This document shows positions 25,150 through 37,661 of a DNA stretch of 52,052 nucleotides, piece by piece. Numbering within the stretch: the stretch's first letter is position 1; the number at the start of each line of letters is the position of its first letter. Under the pieces are notes generated by a model that saw nothing but the letters and a program-made list of their open reading frames with translations, made no database searches and was not told where the DNA came from. Source of the stretch: Octopus sinensis. Its lineage: Eukaryota. The position numbers were made by a program, and so were the translations under genes. Location: the NCBI RefSeq assembly GCF_006345805.1, contig NW_021833985.1, positions 1 through 52,052 of the forward strand, given 5' to 3'.

Positions 25150-25170
<21 letters not shown>

Positions 25171-25465
25171 TCTTTTATTTGTTTCAGTCATCTGACTTAA
25201 GGCAGCCAAGCTGGAGCACCGCCTTTAGACGAACTAATCGACCCCAGGACTTAGTCTTTGTAAGCCTAGTACTTATTCTATCGGCCTCATTTACCGAACC
25301 GCTAAGTTACGGGGATGTAAACACACCAACATATGTTATCAAGCGATGGTGGGGGGACAAACACAGACATGCAAACATTCACACACACACATATATATAT
25401 ATACACGACAGGCTTCTTTCAGTTTCCCTCTACCAAATCCACTGACAAGACTTTGGTCAGCCCGA
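25150..25465 (-). mobile_element. SINE family B, 5'-truncated
   Basis: Matches 10290-10620. Confidence 0.88.
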
Positions 25466-25467
25466 GA

Positions 25468-26110
25468 AATTGCCTTTCCCTTAGAAGAACTCATAGAAAA
25501 GTCCCACGAGGGAATTTTTCTAAATAATCAGAAACCAGTAGAGATGTGTAGAAGGCAAAGCTTCGAAACAATAAAGTAAGCAGCGAAGGTTTTGAGAGGA
25601 GTTCATGCCTCAAAGATCTGACGGAGCTTGGAGTTACTGGGGCAACATAGAAGGGAGCCGCACATAATATCACCGCAAAAACAGAGAAAGCTTGTTGTTC
25701 CCTGGGTAAAACCTATGGAAAAGGCCCATGTGAGAAATTTTGATAAATAATCAAGAAACGGTAGAGACATGTAGAATATAATGGTGGCGAGGAAACCTGC
25801 GAATCGATGGAAATAGACTGCCGTGGTTTTAAGGCGAGTTCGATCTGCAGAGCATTGACTGAGCTTGGAGTTATTGGTGCAACGAAGAACAGATCCATGA
25901 CTTCCGTCACCGCAGTCACCACATAACTTTAGACAGAGAGGACACAGCAGCCCCTATTTTTTACTAGGAGAGAAGCTGGTACTTTATCAACACCGGCTGG
26001 GTCAACAAGGTGAGTGGTTCTGATGTCGGACGAGCCAAAACCACCACCGAACCCGGAAACATCACTGACGAAGTATGATACATCCCGGAGCACCCATGAG
26101 ATGTATCTTG
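25468..26110 (+). mobile_element. HERO/NeSL-type LINE 3' end (restriction-like endonuclease C-terminus twice, then 3' UTR)
   Basis: VPW.KPMEKAH...KYQE.VETC...MEIDCRGF..SSICRALTELGV matches the HERO REL motif (VPWE.RMEEAHERK..KY...VEVGCRGF); 3' UTR GCTGGGTCA...CTGATG...CATCACTGA. Confidence 0.75.
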
Positions 26111-26699
26111 ATACTAATTTAGCTAAATCGAAAGTTTTGGATAAAACCAATCCGTTCTGAAACCCATTAGCATAAAAATCATTAACATAATGAAACACGA
26201 TTATGAAAATATATAAATCAAGGCAAGGCTTAATAGAAACAAAAGCAACAAAACTGATAAAACGTGAAATATCGATGAATCCCTCGAGTCATTGATTAAT
26301 CTCTTACTATCGCTCTATTTTAAACTAATATATTTGCTGCTATGGAAAATGCTATATCTGTACCTGGATGATGTTGTTGCCGTTGTTGTGGATGGTGGTG
26401 GTGGTGGTGGCTGGTGAAAGTTAAAGTGGAGGAGGTGGAGTTGTTGCTACTGTATATATTTTGTCGTTGTTGTTCACCGTTAAAAGGTGTTGTAAAAGCA
26501 ATTACGGTGAATTAAGAAAATGCGTTGCTTTTCACATATTTCTGTAATCAACAAATGTGCTTCATATTTGATTGGCGAGAAAATAGGATTTTTATGAAGA
26601 ATTATATGGAAAACAATACGGGTAACAATTTAAGGATATAACAAATGCATCGTGTCACATACATGCAGAAATGCACGACTTATGTACTGGGCGTATAGA

Positions 26700-26727
26700 T
26701 TAGATATATTTATATGCATTTTTGCAA

Positions 26728-26774
<47 letters not shown>

Positions 26775-26904
26775 AATATGAATATCTATACAGATATATA
26801 CATGTGTGTGTGAGAGTTTGTGTTTGTGTATGTGTGTGCATCTGTGCGTATCTTTGCATATGTGTGTATTCATGATGCATTGTATGGACTGATATATATA
26901 CAGT

Positions 26905-26942
<38 letters not shown>

Positions 26943-27155
26943 CATATACATACATACACATATACATGCATATACATATACACACACATGTATATATACA
27001 CACACACGACCACACATACACATACACACAAAAAATATATACATACACAACACACATACACCATACACACATACCACACATATCCACATACACACAGCAC
27101 ACACAACACACAAGTCCCTATATACTCATATATACATATACACATATAGGTATGT

Positions 27156-27226
<71 letters not shown>

Positions 27227-27290
27227 ATACATACATATGTGTACCTATTCATACACATATATGTTACGTATACACACAGTGGCTTTAAGA
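26700..27290. repeat. CA/TA-rich simple-sequence block (partly duplicated in inverted form downstream)
   Basis: Direct inspection; see findings. Confidence 0.9.
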
Positions 27291-27309
27291 TAAGATTACC
27301 TATACTAGT

Positions 27310-27990
27310 ATAGCCCCACGCCCCCAGGAAAAATAGACGAAGACACATTAGCTGGTACAACCCCCCCTTCAACCGTGAGGTCGCTACAACCTGTAGCAAA
27401 ATCTTCTTCACTCTCCTACACACTTCCCCACAACTTCCCCACCCAACATAAGTACTACACTATCCTAAATAAGAACACTATTAGACTCTCCTACTCTACC
27501 ACGCCTAATCTATATCTAGCCAGGAACCTAGCCAACAACAATGTGAAAAACTTAACATATCTACTTTTTCCGAGGCCCATCCAACGTCCGATAGCAATTG
27601 CAACTGCCCTGATAAAACCACCTGCCCCCTCACAAACAACTGCCTACAGAGGGACCTAGTATATACATGCGAGGTAAGATCAGGCCCTGACGATAAAGAA
27701 AATCCTACATCGGAATGACGTCAAACAGCTTTAAGACCCGTTGGTACGCACACACACTCGTTCCGGCGACCGGATAAATCCAACCAAACTAACCCTCGCC
27801 GCCCACATCTGGTACCTTAAAAGGAACTCCATCCCCTTCAAGACCAAGTGGAAACTACTACAGAAGGCGCGTTCGTACACAGGAGGCCATACCTGCTGTG
27901 ACCTTTGCATTTCGGAGAGCCTAGAGCTTGTTCGCCAAGGCCCTCTCCTTAACAAGATCTCAGAACACTCCCCAAATTGCATGCATAAGA
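27310..27990 (+). mobile_element. Penelope-like element A: linker and GIY-YIG endonuclease remnant (frameshifted)
   Basis: RKNRRRHISWYNPPF...NKNTIRLSYSTTPN...CNCPDKTTCPLTNNC...LVYTCEV...SYIGMTSNSFKTRW...LAAHIWYLK...W...ARSYTGG..CDLCISE. Confidence 0.92.
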
Positions 27991-28129
27991 ATTATGCAAC
28001 TACAAGAACTATAGACCTACCCGGCAACCAGATTGATGACACCCCACCCACAAACCCCCCCAATCCCACCGTTTCCCCCTAGCACCCCCGACTACCTTTT
28101 CTCCTAAGACCTTTCACCATATTGTAATG

Positions 28130-28226
28130 TGCACGCTTGTATATGTGTATCGTATATATGTATAGAAATGTATGGTATAGTAGGAATATACGCATGTATT
28201 ATGTGTGTGTGTGTATGTATGTAAAA

Positions 28227-28258
<32 letters not shown>

Positions 28259-29149
28259 TATATATATGTATATATGTATATATGTGTGTGTATGCATATG
28301 TATGTGTATATATATGTGTGTAGTATGTGTATGTATATATAAAATATTATATAATTAGGGTTAGTAAATAAATTACTTTGCCACATACTGAACCTTTCTA
28401 GAAATAGCAGCCAAATAAGTTTTTTAGCCTTTTCCACTACTAAAGAAAATGTGTATATGTATACGTGTGGGTGTGTGTATGTGTGTATATATGTATGTAT
28501 GTATGGGTGTATGTATGTATGTATGTATGCCGGATATGTGTATATATATATATATATGTATATATATTGTATAATATGTGTATATATGTATATAATATAT
28601 ATATATGTGTATGTGTATGGTGTGTATTTATATATATATTGTGTATATATATGTATGTATGTATTTGTATGTAGGTGTATATTATGTGTGTATATATATT
28701 TGGTGTATATGTATAGACTAGTCTTCTATGATTGTAGACATGAATCTGTAGGTACGCGTACCGTATGTGTATATACGTGTATGTATGTAGATGTATGTAT
28801 GTATGAATATAACGCGTGCGTGCGTGTATGTGTATGAGTGTACGAATGAGGGTGTGGTGTGTTGCTAATGAGTGTGCGTGCGTGAGTGAGTGCTTGTGTT
28901 CAAGTAGAAAGATAAGGGACTAGCCAAGATGTTTTGTGACCAGCGGACAAAGATAACAAAAGTAATAAATGAAGATAATAAAATTAAATTAGGGAATGGG
29001 TTTGTAATTGTATGTATATATGTGTGTATGTGTAGGTATGAATAGGTACACATATGTATGTATGTTTGTATGTATGTGTATATGTGTGTGTGTGATACGT
29101 ACCATATATTGTATGAATAGGTACACATATGTATGTATATACTATATAC

Positions 29150-29183
<34 letters not shown>

Positions 29184-29270
29184 ACATACATATATGTGTA
29201 ATACGTACATATATGTGTATGAATAGGTACACATATGTTTGTATATATATATATAATATATATATATATA
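28130..29270. repeat. TG/TA-rich simple sequence including three copies of a unit containing ATGAATAGGTACACATATG
   Basis: Motif at ~29038, ~29114 and ~29218. Confidence 0.85.
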
Positions 29271-29289
29271 TATTATGTGAAATAGAAAG

Positions 29290-30950
29290 ATGAATAATCT
29301 TGTAGTAGATTAATCAAAAGTTTAACCGATACCTTAGTAGCAAAAATCACAGCAGTGAACAGCACGGTTGGAGGTACAACCATCTGGCGTTGCAACCGTG
29401 CTTGGTGCGGATAATTGAAATTAAAACATTATTGGTGAATTGAAGAAATGGAGCTGAACGCAGATTGAACAGAAATCGTTTTATTTCATTCTAACACGTG
29501 TTTCGAAAGGCACAAATTACCAAAATCCGATTGAATAATGGGACCATATTGGTTCTTTCTCTTCAGGAAGAAAAAAAGGAAATCCGTTGGAAAAACAAAA
29601 ACAGAACAGAGGCATAGCAAAAAACAATCGAACTGTGCTCCTAAGAGCCCATGGCGAAACTGTTTATCAGTGTATGTTGAGAACCGGTGGCTGAAGAATT
29701 CAACAGGTCAGGCATCGGTCGGTCAAACATGTGGGTGAGGGTGTATAGATGTTCTTTGTGACCGAGAATAAAGTTCTGACTATTTAAAGAATATTGGATG
29801 TTTTATAAGGGGCGAGAAAAATCTACTTAGAGACGTGTGTGTGTGTATACTGTTTATATATGTGTGTGTTGGCGTAGGGGTAGAAAACATTTTTTGTGTA
29901 CGTGTGTGCGTTTGATCGTTCGGCTGTCAGTGGCTACTGCCGTGATAAACCGTTGGGTGGCAGAAAGAAAAAAAAAAGAAATTATATATATATATTTTAT
30001 GTTTTATATGTGTGTTGTGTGTGTTCATCTAAGCCTACCTTGACAAGGAAACCCCCCGCTGTGAAAAAACAAGCCCCGTTTGTCTTCAGAGTAATTTCCC
30101 TTGCAGTGTTAATTGTAGATATCTTAAAATCTATTTCAGAATTTGTTACCAAGGGCTATGGGTGCCGGTCTTATTTATAAACGCTATTTAAAGGCCAGAT
30201 AAGTGTAACCCCGCCAATGGGGCATCGAAAAGCCGACTGTAAGAGCCCGTTTACCATCCGGCCTCTGGCAAACAAAATATGGAAGAGTTCGGAGACACAA
30301 AGGTTGCACTGTCTTCTGCCCCTATCAAATGGGAGGGCCACCGACAAAATGACCATTCCAGCTATAGCTTTAAGTTCGCATCCTTCAGTCGCCATATTAG
30401 CTTACTGAGTCCCGTGGTCTGGCGCTTGTTCACGTCCCGAAAAGTTGCGTAATGGTTGGAGACACGCAAAGACAATCTTGAGGATGAATGCCCCTATATA
30501 AGTTGAAGGCATCTGAGTCCGTGTAAACCTTGCATTGGTAGACGGCGTTTCTCTGATCTTGGAGTTCGCCGCCGTGAATCTTACTCTGCTAGGATTGGTT
30601 TCTGAAATTAGAACTGCGTTCCTGTCACTATATTCGTTCCGAGACCTGCAGCCGCTACTACTACTCTATTTTCCACTACGTCCTATTAACTATAGGAATA
30701 ACCCCTGATTCTCCACTATCTATCAGAGTGCTGTCATTGCTACTGCCCGTGGTACTGCTATTGCGGGAAATGATGCTGGGGATGCTAAAGGGGCTCTCTA
30801 CCCTACTCCCATTGTTACCATCAACCACAACACCCCTATTTATAACTATAACTGGTAATTTGTGCCTTTCGAAACACGTGTAGAATGAAATAAACGATTT
30901 CTGTTCAATCTGCGTTCAGCTCCATTCTTCAATTCACCAATAATGTTTTA
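29290..30950 (-). mobile_element. Penelope-like element B: 5'-truncated GIY-YIG remnant, 3' pLTR and inverted partial pLTR at the 5' end
   Basis: 30560-30170: NAVYQCKV...TYIG...RVSNH.ATFR...TTGLSKLIWRLKD...ALPFDRGRRQCNLCVSELFHIL; 29422-29522 is the reverse complement of 30853-30950. Confidence 0.85.
29484..29573 (-). ncRNA. Type I hammerhead ribozyme in the PLE-B pLTR
   Basis: UUUCUUC-CUGAAGA (29566-29560), stem II GAAAG/CUUUC, GAAA, palindromic stem III CACGUG, UH site, GAA(U)GAAA closing stem I; this copy has one extra U relative to the 30853 copy. Confidence 0.7.
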
Positions 30951-31604
30951 TATATATCTATATATATATGTGTTGGTGTGTGTGTGACATACATATATGT
31001 GTTATGTATATAATGAGTATATAGGGACTTGTGTGTTGTGTGTGCATGTGTGTATGTGGATATGGTGTGTATGTGGTATGTGTATGTGTGTTATGTAATA
31101 TTTTTTTGTGTGTAGTTATGTGTGGTCGTGTGTGTGATATATATATATATATATATATATTGGTGGTGTGTGTATGTATGTGTGTATGTATATGTGTGTG
31201 TGTTGAGAATTTCCTTATTTACCTAAAACTCTATTCTTCTATATATTTTTGTATTTTATATATTCTTTTTATTCTTTTATTTATTCTTCCTATCTAATTT
31301 ACCACTGACTCCTTGACCACTCACCCAAGTATGATTTTTTTGCTCTATGCCTACCCCCCAAAAAGTCCCCCACCACCACCCCTATAAACCCTGCCTAAAT
31401 GTATAAATGCCAATACAATTCTTGTTAACTAGCGTCCTCCTGAAGATTTCTCTTGAATGAAAGAGTTCTAGTCCTGTAGAATCTCCTTCTCTATAATAAA
31501 TTAATTTTACTCTGCTATGTATTGAGTACCTATTTACTGTGGTTACCCCGAATCAACCCGGGACCTACATATAGATATATATACAACAGAGATGCACACA
31601 CACA

Positions 31605-31670
31605 ACACTTCTGTGCTCCTTTCAGTGGAAGAGTGTAGGCTCGAAACATTAAAGACTTTTTCACTGTATA
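31605..31670 (+). mobile_element. Partial copy of the ~190-bp hammerhead-like element
   Basis: CTTTCAGTGGAAGAGTGTAGGCTCGAAACATTAAAGACTTTTTCAC. Confidence 0.6.
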
Positions 31671-31712
31671 CATATATATGTTATATACAATAAATAAATA
31701 TATAGTACCCTC

Positions 31713-31794
<82 letters not shown>

Positions 31795-31797
<3 letters not shown>

Positions 31798-31980
31798 AGA
31801 ATACACAAAAGAACAAAACAAGACAGGTGTGTAGACGACAAACAGATGTATTAGTATAACGCTCGGGAAGTGAAAAAGTCTTTAAGGTTTCGAACCTACG
31901 TTCATCCACAGAAAGGAACACAGAAAGAAACAAGGGGAGAAAATAAAGAATTTTTAGTGGCTAGCGATCTATCATGGCGA
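31795..31980 (-). mobile_element. Full copy of the ~190-bp hammerhead-like element
   Basis: Reverse complement aligns end to end with 3400-3585 (ATGATAGATCG...CTGTGGATGAACGTAGGTTCGAAAC...GAGCGTTATACTAATACAT). Confidence 0.7.
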
Positions 31981-32332
31981 ATATATATATAAGTGTGTAT
32001 GTGTGTGTGTGTGTGTCTATGTATGTGTCCATGTATGCATATAGTTATGAATGCATATATGATATGTGCGTATAAATAAACGTCTACATATTGTATAGAA
32101 GTTGTTATAATTCAAAAGTTGCAATAATGTATTTCTTATTCTGCAGCGAAACACTCGTAAGGAGAAGTTAATATGTACCAAACTTTCTACTCTTTGTATT
32201 AATATATGTGTGTGTGCGTGTCTGTATGAATACATACATTCATACATACATACATACATATATATATATATATGCATATGTATATGTATATATGTATGTA
32301 TATTTATTTATGTATGTATGTTGGTATATATA

Positions 32333-32487
32333 TCATAGTTGATTTTCCTCAAATGGATTTAATTACACGAGTTGTCCATATGTGTGATAGCAATCATATC
32401 TGCACCAACTCAACTAGGTACGAGTTTGTTTCTATTTGCCGTCACAGGGCAATATCTCTGTTCAAAACTATTTTAACGTAAATTACT
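32333..32487 (+). repeat. ~155-bp unique-sequence direct repeat, copy 1
   Basis: Differs from 35163-35316 at only a handful of positions. Confidence 0.92.
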
Positions 32488-32919
32488 ATTTATATATCTA
32501 TATATTTATATGTATGAATACATGCGCAACAATCATATATACATGCATATATACCCGTGTTTGTGCGTATGTAGAACATTTATATGTGACGAAAGCCGTT
32601 CTTATTTCTCAATTGTAGCACCAGTTAATCATACTCGTCTATATCTATGTCTATATTTGCACATAAGTATATATATCTATGTTTAAGCTCTTAAATACAC
32701 GTGCATGTGCAACCATAATGCACTTCTATGCATGAGCATTATTATGTTCTGCATCTACTGTTTTTTTATACGTGTGCGGGGAGTGGAAGAATCTACACAC
32801 GCGTGGGTGGCGTTTTTTTTCTATATTTTATACATTTCTGTTGCATGCATGCACATCCATGTGTTTCTACATATAAACATATATATACACACTCACATAT
32901 ATATATAACATATATAACA

Positions 32920-32973
<54 letters not shown>

Positions 32974-33399
32974 ATATTGAGGTCATGTAAGTATATGGGC
33001 GTATTTGTACATATATATGTATAGATAGATAGATGTAGCTGTATATATATCATTTTATATATATGTATATATTTAATTATGCATTTATTTATTTATAACT
33101 TTGCGCATATGTGACTATGTATGTTTATACATATATTCTTTTATCAACATATGTGTACGAGTGCATATTTTCTGCATAGACTCAAGCATCCATTTGTATG
33201 CGTGTGCGCATGCGTGTGTTTGTTGTGAAGATTTTTAAAAAGATCAATAAAATCCATTTGTTGAGTTTTAGTCACTTTTTTCTTTCCTTCTGTATTTACG
33301 GTTGTTAATAGTAAATTGACTTAATTCCACACTTTCCTTCACTCAACTTTCTTTCCTTTTTTCCTTTATATCACTTCTCTCGTTCTCTCAAATCCTACA

Positions 33400-33593
33400 T
33401 TTTTCTCACTATGTATATATATGCATATATATATATGTGTGTGTGTGTGTGTTTGTGTGTGTGTGCGCGTGTATGTATGCATGTATGTATATAATATATA
33501 TATATATATACATGTGTATGCATATGCATATAATATATATGTATATATATATATGTTATAAATAATATATATATATACATATAATTATATATA

Positions 33594-33666
<73 letters not shown>

Positions 33667-33749
33667 AATACGTATATAATATATAAGTAAATATAGAGTC
33701 GATAGAGAGACATTGGGTAGAAGATAGATTGATAGATAGATAGATAGAC

Positions 33750-33803
<54 letters not shown>

Positions 33804-34030
33804 GTATATATAAAAACATACACACACATACCATCATTTATCGATACATACACACACATTTTCACTTACGTACATTCACAGACAGACACGCACACATACA
33901 TACTTACATACATACATACATACATACATTCATATATTCATACACACACACACACATACATATATACATACATACATATACATACATACATACATAGATA
34001 CATACATACATACATACATACATACAATAC
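33400..34030. repeat. (TA)n, (GATA)n and (CATA)n microsatellites
   Basis: Direct inspection. Confidence 0.95.
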
Positions 34031-34719
34031 AAATCTCTGTTGGTACTTTACAAGAATTTGGAAAATATGTGAGATTTGCTCTTTTCTATGGTTATGTGTT
34101 TTATTTATTTTTCTTTATATTTCTTGTCTCCATTTCTCTATTTGTTTTCTAATATTTTTTTTTGTTTTGCATTTCGTTCCTTCAGATCTTAGCTTCATTT
34201 TCCTTTTTCTTATTTTTTCTTTTTCTTTTTTTTTGGTTTTTTTTTTTTTCATTTTTCCATGCTTGTTTCACACCGGAATAAAAGGAAACGGTAATTTCAT
34301 ATAAAAGCGTTTAATTAAAATCAAGATGGATATTTTTTCATCTTTCATCCGTCAAACCCCCTCTGTCACTCTCACTCCCTCCCTCTCTCTCTCTCTCTCT
34401 CACTCAGTTCCTCAAACACACATATACACACATATTCACACACGTGCGCGCAGGCACGTACGCACGTTACTTTTACACGCTTACTCTCACGTTTTTGTTT
34501 CTCTGACTCATCGTTTCTCTTCCTACCTCAATCACACACACACACACACACACACACATATGCACACACAGAGTCACTCATTCATACACACATACACACA
34601 GACGCTGCTACACACACACACACACGCACACACATATTCCTTTTGTTTTAGCAACAAAAGCCACCAACGAATACCGAGGCGTAATCATTTTTTATTCCCT
34701 CACACACATCGTTTGTTAT

Positions 34720-34728
34720 TGATTTTTA

Positions 34729-34786
<58 letters not shown>

Positions 34787-34909
34787 GTTATTATTATTAT
34801 CATTATTATTGTTATTATTATTAGTATCATTATTATTATTATTATCATAATGATCATCATCATTATAAGTATGATAACCATATTATTATTATTATTATTA
34901 TTATTATTA

Positions 34910-34949
<40 letters not shown>

Positions 34950-35044
34950 CATTTTTATTATTATTATCATCATCATTATAAGTATGATAACCATGTTATT
35001 ATTATTATTACTATTATTATTATTAGTAGTAGTAGTAGTAGTTA

Positions 35045-35091
<47 letters not shown>

Positions 35092-35095
35092 ACAA
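34720..35095. repeat. (ATT)n/(AGT)n
   Basis: Direct inspection. Confidence 0.95.
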
Positions 35096-35162
35096 AATTT
35101 GGAGCCATTCTAAGAATTAACTGTAAGAGTATAATAAATTATTTTAGCTGATTTAAAGAAGA

Positions 35163-35316
35163 TCATAGTTGATTTTCCTCAAATGGATTTTATTACACGA
35201 GTTGTCCATATGTGTGATATCAATCATATCTGCACCAACTCAACTAGGTACGAGTTTGTTTCTACCTGCCGTCACAGGGCAATATCTCTGTTCAAAACTA
35301 TTTTAACGTAAATTAT
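35163..35316 (+). repeat. ~155-bp direct repeat, copy 2
   Basis: See copy 1 at 32333. Confidence 0.92.
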
Positions 35317-35380
35317 CATTTTTAAATCTCACAACGAGAGATATTCAGCAACGGCACTTTTGCCAACATAACATGGCAGT

Positions 35381-35528
35381 CCTGGTTTAGGACGAATGTT
35401 GCTGTAATTTAGCCCCGGGAGATATCGTCTCCAGCTTCGAAAATATAAGGACACAAATCGTGTCGTATAGCCAGTTGGAGAGGATGTCTCCTAGGGCTAA
35501 ATTACAGCCACATTCGTCCTAAACCTGG
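35381..35528. mobile_element. Palindromic MITE with ~56-bp TIRs
   Basis: GGTTTAGGACGAATGTTGCTGTAATTTAGCCC...TCTCCAGCT versus AGTTGGAGAG...GGGCTAAATTACAGCCACATTCGTCCTAAACC. Confidence 0.75.
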
Positions 35529-35549
35529 AAGAAGGTTTATGTTCCTATA

Positions 35550-35961
35550 ACCTGTGTTAATTCTGTAACTCTTTAACATGGAAGATAAAAAAGTTCATTT
35601 TCGGCAATTGATGCTTTGGGAACTAGACAAAAATTGCTGCAGCTCAGCTGAGATGTGGTACCTCACCCTCAATATTCACCAGATATTGCTCCTTCGGATT
35701 TCCACTTATTCAGGTCTCTGCAGAATAGTCTTAATGGTAAAAATTTCAATTCCTTGGATGACGTAAAAAGATACCTTGATGAATTCTTTGCCATGAAACC
35801 ACCTCAATTCTGGGAAGAGGATATTTTCAAGTTAAAGGGAAGATAGAGACGCATTGTGCAACAAAATGTTTCATATTTCGTTGATTGAAAATGTAATGGC
35901 AAGTACTTATTGACCTTTTTCGTTCCTTTAAAAATCGGTACTAACTTTCCGGACAACCCAA
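35550..35961 (+). mobile_element. mariner element, internally deleted, with right TIR
   Basis: MEDKKVHFR / PHPQYSPDIAPSDFHLFRSLQNSLNGKNF...FWEE.I.KL; TIR AACTTTCCGGACAACCCAA|TA. Confidence 0.92.
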
Positions 35962-36112
35962 TATTAATGTGTATATTTGTGTATTGTGCATGTATGTATG
36001 TGTGTAGTTGAAATAAGCTTTTGCAAAGAATTTCTAATACAATCATAATATTTGTAGAATCATTTACTTCAACTTCAAATATTGTAATTATATAAAATAA
36101 AATCTATAAAAA

Positions 36113-36136
36113 ATGAGTGACACTATTATCGTTTGG
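36113..36136 (+). CDS. Candidate initial coding exon MSDTIIVW
   Basis: AAAAATG start context, TGG|gtaagc donor, TATAAA-like motifs upstream; very short and unsupported by homology. Confidence 0.2.
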
Positions 36137-36299
36137 GTAAGCATTTTCGCTGTTGGAAGCTTTTTCAAAAACACGTGTATAATGAGCTCGTAAGAGTGAA
36201 ACGAAGGTGGTTTTGTAACAATCAACAATTACAGTTTCATAAATTAATATAAATACCCACCTTAAAGGTGTTGTATTCTTTATTGGCTTGGAGTTATTC

Positions 36300-36420
36300 T
36301 TGTCCCAACAACCTCATATATATATGTTTCTGTGTTTGTAATGTGTATGTGCGTGCGTGTGTATAAATGTATATATATATATATAGGCATATATATATAT
36401 ATAGGCATATATATATATAG

Positions 36421-36456
<36 letters not shown>

Positions 36457-36572
36457 GAATATATACATATATACATATATATAATATATATATATATATA
36501 TACATTTATACACACACTTAATTTGGTTGTAATTGTATATACATGTACATGTATATGTATATGCATATACTT

Positions 36573-36609
<37 letters not shown>

Positions 36610-36643
36610 ATATATATATCGCTATATATAAATACATACATAT

Positions 36644-36674
<31 letters not shown>

Positions 36675-36758
36675 CATATATAAATCTGCTGATGTCATAT
36701 ATATGCAATATATATATATATGTCCGTACCTTTGTACATTTATGTAATACACATAAAA

Positions 36759-36793
<35 letters not shown>

Positions 36794-36860
36794 AAAAGAG
36801 AGTGAGATAGATAAAGTCACAAAGACGCACGCACATATCTACATGCCTGCATGCTTATAT
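36300..36860. repeat. TA/CA-rich microsatellite block
   Basis: Direct inspection. Confidence 0.9.
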
Positions 36861-37189
36861 AAATAACACGTTTCACGCAATTACAACCAAAGTCTCACAA
36901 CATACCTGGCACGCCTTCTTCGTCAATAAAGTCAAATCATTCGTGATAATTATATTGATGTCAATGCTGGAACGCTGGCCACCTACCTACCGACAGACCA
37001 GCCAACTAACCAACCAGTCAACCGACCAGCCAGCCGACTGGACCGACCAATCATCATGTCGGCCATATTATCTCTCCTCTTCTCTCTTTATCTTCATCTT
37101 TTTCTGCCGCAATTTTTTTTCTCTCCATTTTCATCTTGCTGTTACTCAGTATCCTAATTTTTTTTTTCTTTTGCGTACTCCTATAAATT

Positions 37190-37200
37190 ATTATTATTAA

Positions 37201-37239
<39 letters not shown>

Positions 37240-37464
37240 TTTATTTTATTATTATTTTTATTATTATTATCATCCTCCTCATCATCATCATCAGCAGCAG
37301 CAGCAGCAGTAGTGGTAGTAGCAGCAGCAGCAGTGGTAGTAGTAGTTGCTGTTGTTGTCGTAGTGGTATCAATAATAATAATAGTGACATTGGGTGTGTC
37401 CTAGGCAAGTGATTGCAACAAACATGCAGATTAAAAGTAAATAATAATAATAATAATAATAATA

Positions 37465-37520
<56 letters not shown>

Positions 37521-37603
37521 TTTTTATTACGATTACTTACTACTACTGCAGTTACCACTACTATTACTGCGGCTACTACTAATATTATTATTAGTACTAT
37601 TAC

Positions 37604-37661
<58 letters not shown>

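Noticed and set aside
26010-26110. CTGATG/CTGACGA motifs in the HERO 3' UTR as a ribozyme
   Set aside because: No GAAA plus stem III/UH arrangement at the right spacing
31425-31490. CUGAAGA...GAAA hammerhead candidate
   Set aside because: Stem II and stem I cannot be formed
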